DNA of 64,000 nucleotides from Chiloscyllium plagiosum (Eukaryota): the NCBI RefSeq assembly GCF_004010195.1, contig NC_057719.1, positions 80,178,709 through 80,242,708 on the forward strand, given 5' to 3'. Below, one piece after another: positions 63,160-64,000 of this stretch. The translations under genes were made by a program, and so were the position numbers. Each line of letters begins with the position of its first letter. Within the stretch, counting starts at the first letter, position 1. The notes under the pieces were generated by a model that was not told the origin of the DNA, searched no databases, and saw only the letters and a list, made by a program, of their open reading frames with translations.

Positions 63160-63655
63160 TGGTCTCCTTCTTATTGGAAGGATGTTGTGAAACTTGAAAG
63201 GGTTCAGAAAAGATTTGCAAGGATATTGCCAGGGTTGGTGGGATTGAGCTATAGGGAGAGGCTGAATAGTCTGGGGCTGTTTTCCATGGAGTGTCAGAGG
63301 CTGAGTGAGGGGTGACCTTATAGAAGTTTATAAAATCATGAAGGGCATGGATAGGATAAATAGACAAAGTCCTTTCCCTGGGGTGGGGGAGTGCAGAACT
63401 AGAGGGCATAAGTTGAGGGGAAAGATATAAAATAGATCTAAGGGACAAGTTTTTCACGCAGAGGATGGTGTCTGTGTGGAATGGTCTGCCAGAGGAAGTG
63501 GTGGAGGCTGGTACATTTAAAAGGCAGCTGGATAGGTATATGAATAGGAAGGGTTTGGAGGGATGTGGGCCAGGTGCTGGCAAGTGGGACTAGATTGGGT
63601 TGAGATATCTGATCGAAGGGTCTGTTTCCATGCCATACATCTCTATGACTCTATG
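63160..63655 (+). mobile_element. CR1 3' fragment
   Basis: WSPSYWKDVVKLERVQKRFARILPG; tail ctctatgactctatga. Confidence 0.9.
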
Positions 63656-64000
63656 AAATGGGAACACAAATGATAGCTCCAGCTGAAAAGTTGTTCTCAG
63701 CAATAGCAGAAGAGGGTAAAGCATTTATCTAGGAAACTGTGCAAAGCAAGCAATATTGAGTTGGCCACCCATCAGATACCCAGTTTGACAATCATTTGTA
63801 TTGGGACCAATTGATACTATTAGCAATGATCCAATAATTCTCTCTCTCGCTCTATGTCTTAAGATTTATTTTGTGCTCTAAGTAGTTTAAGGTTAGTTCA
63901 ATATTTAATTTGTGCTTCTTGCTTTTCCCTGGGAGTGACCTAAGTTGTTTTTATCTCTTACCAAACTCAGAAAAGGTATTCACATAGTGAGACCCTGTGT

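Overview
Vertebrate (non-prokaryotic) DNA, almost certainly from an elasmobranch. It is full of HE1-type V-SINEs with (CTAAT)n tails, CR1/HER1-like LINE fragments and DeuSINE/SacSINE1-like copies; the host assignment is inferred from recalled repeat families. The only clear gene is a single-exon, extremely GC-rich CCDC177/CCDC185-family coiled-coil gene (28587-30551, +) with a CCAAT+TATA proximal promoter, just downstream of an 886-nt N gap. Most of the rest is nested, decayed retroelements: CR1, a second CR1/L2-group LINE with its partner tRNA-SINE, Rex1/Babar, Tx1/L1, a solo LTR and Penelope-like elements (PLEs) with GIY-YIG fragments. The most interesting signal is a dense set of PLE-derived minimal hammerhead-ribozyme motifs in three sequence families. 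Many occur as 90-240 bp ORF-less insertions, several with 8-16 bp target-site duplications, and several are head-to-head palindromes whose breakpoint falls at the hammerhead core. One copy at about 63.0 kb carries the target-site flank of another copy 27 kb away. Boundaries of decayed repeats were set by eye and are approximate.
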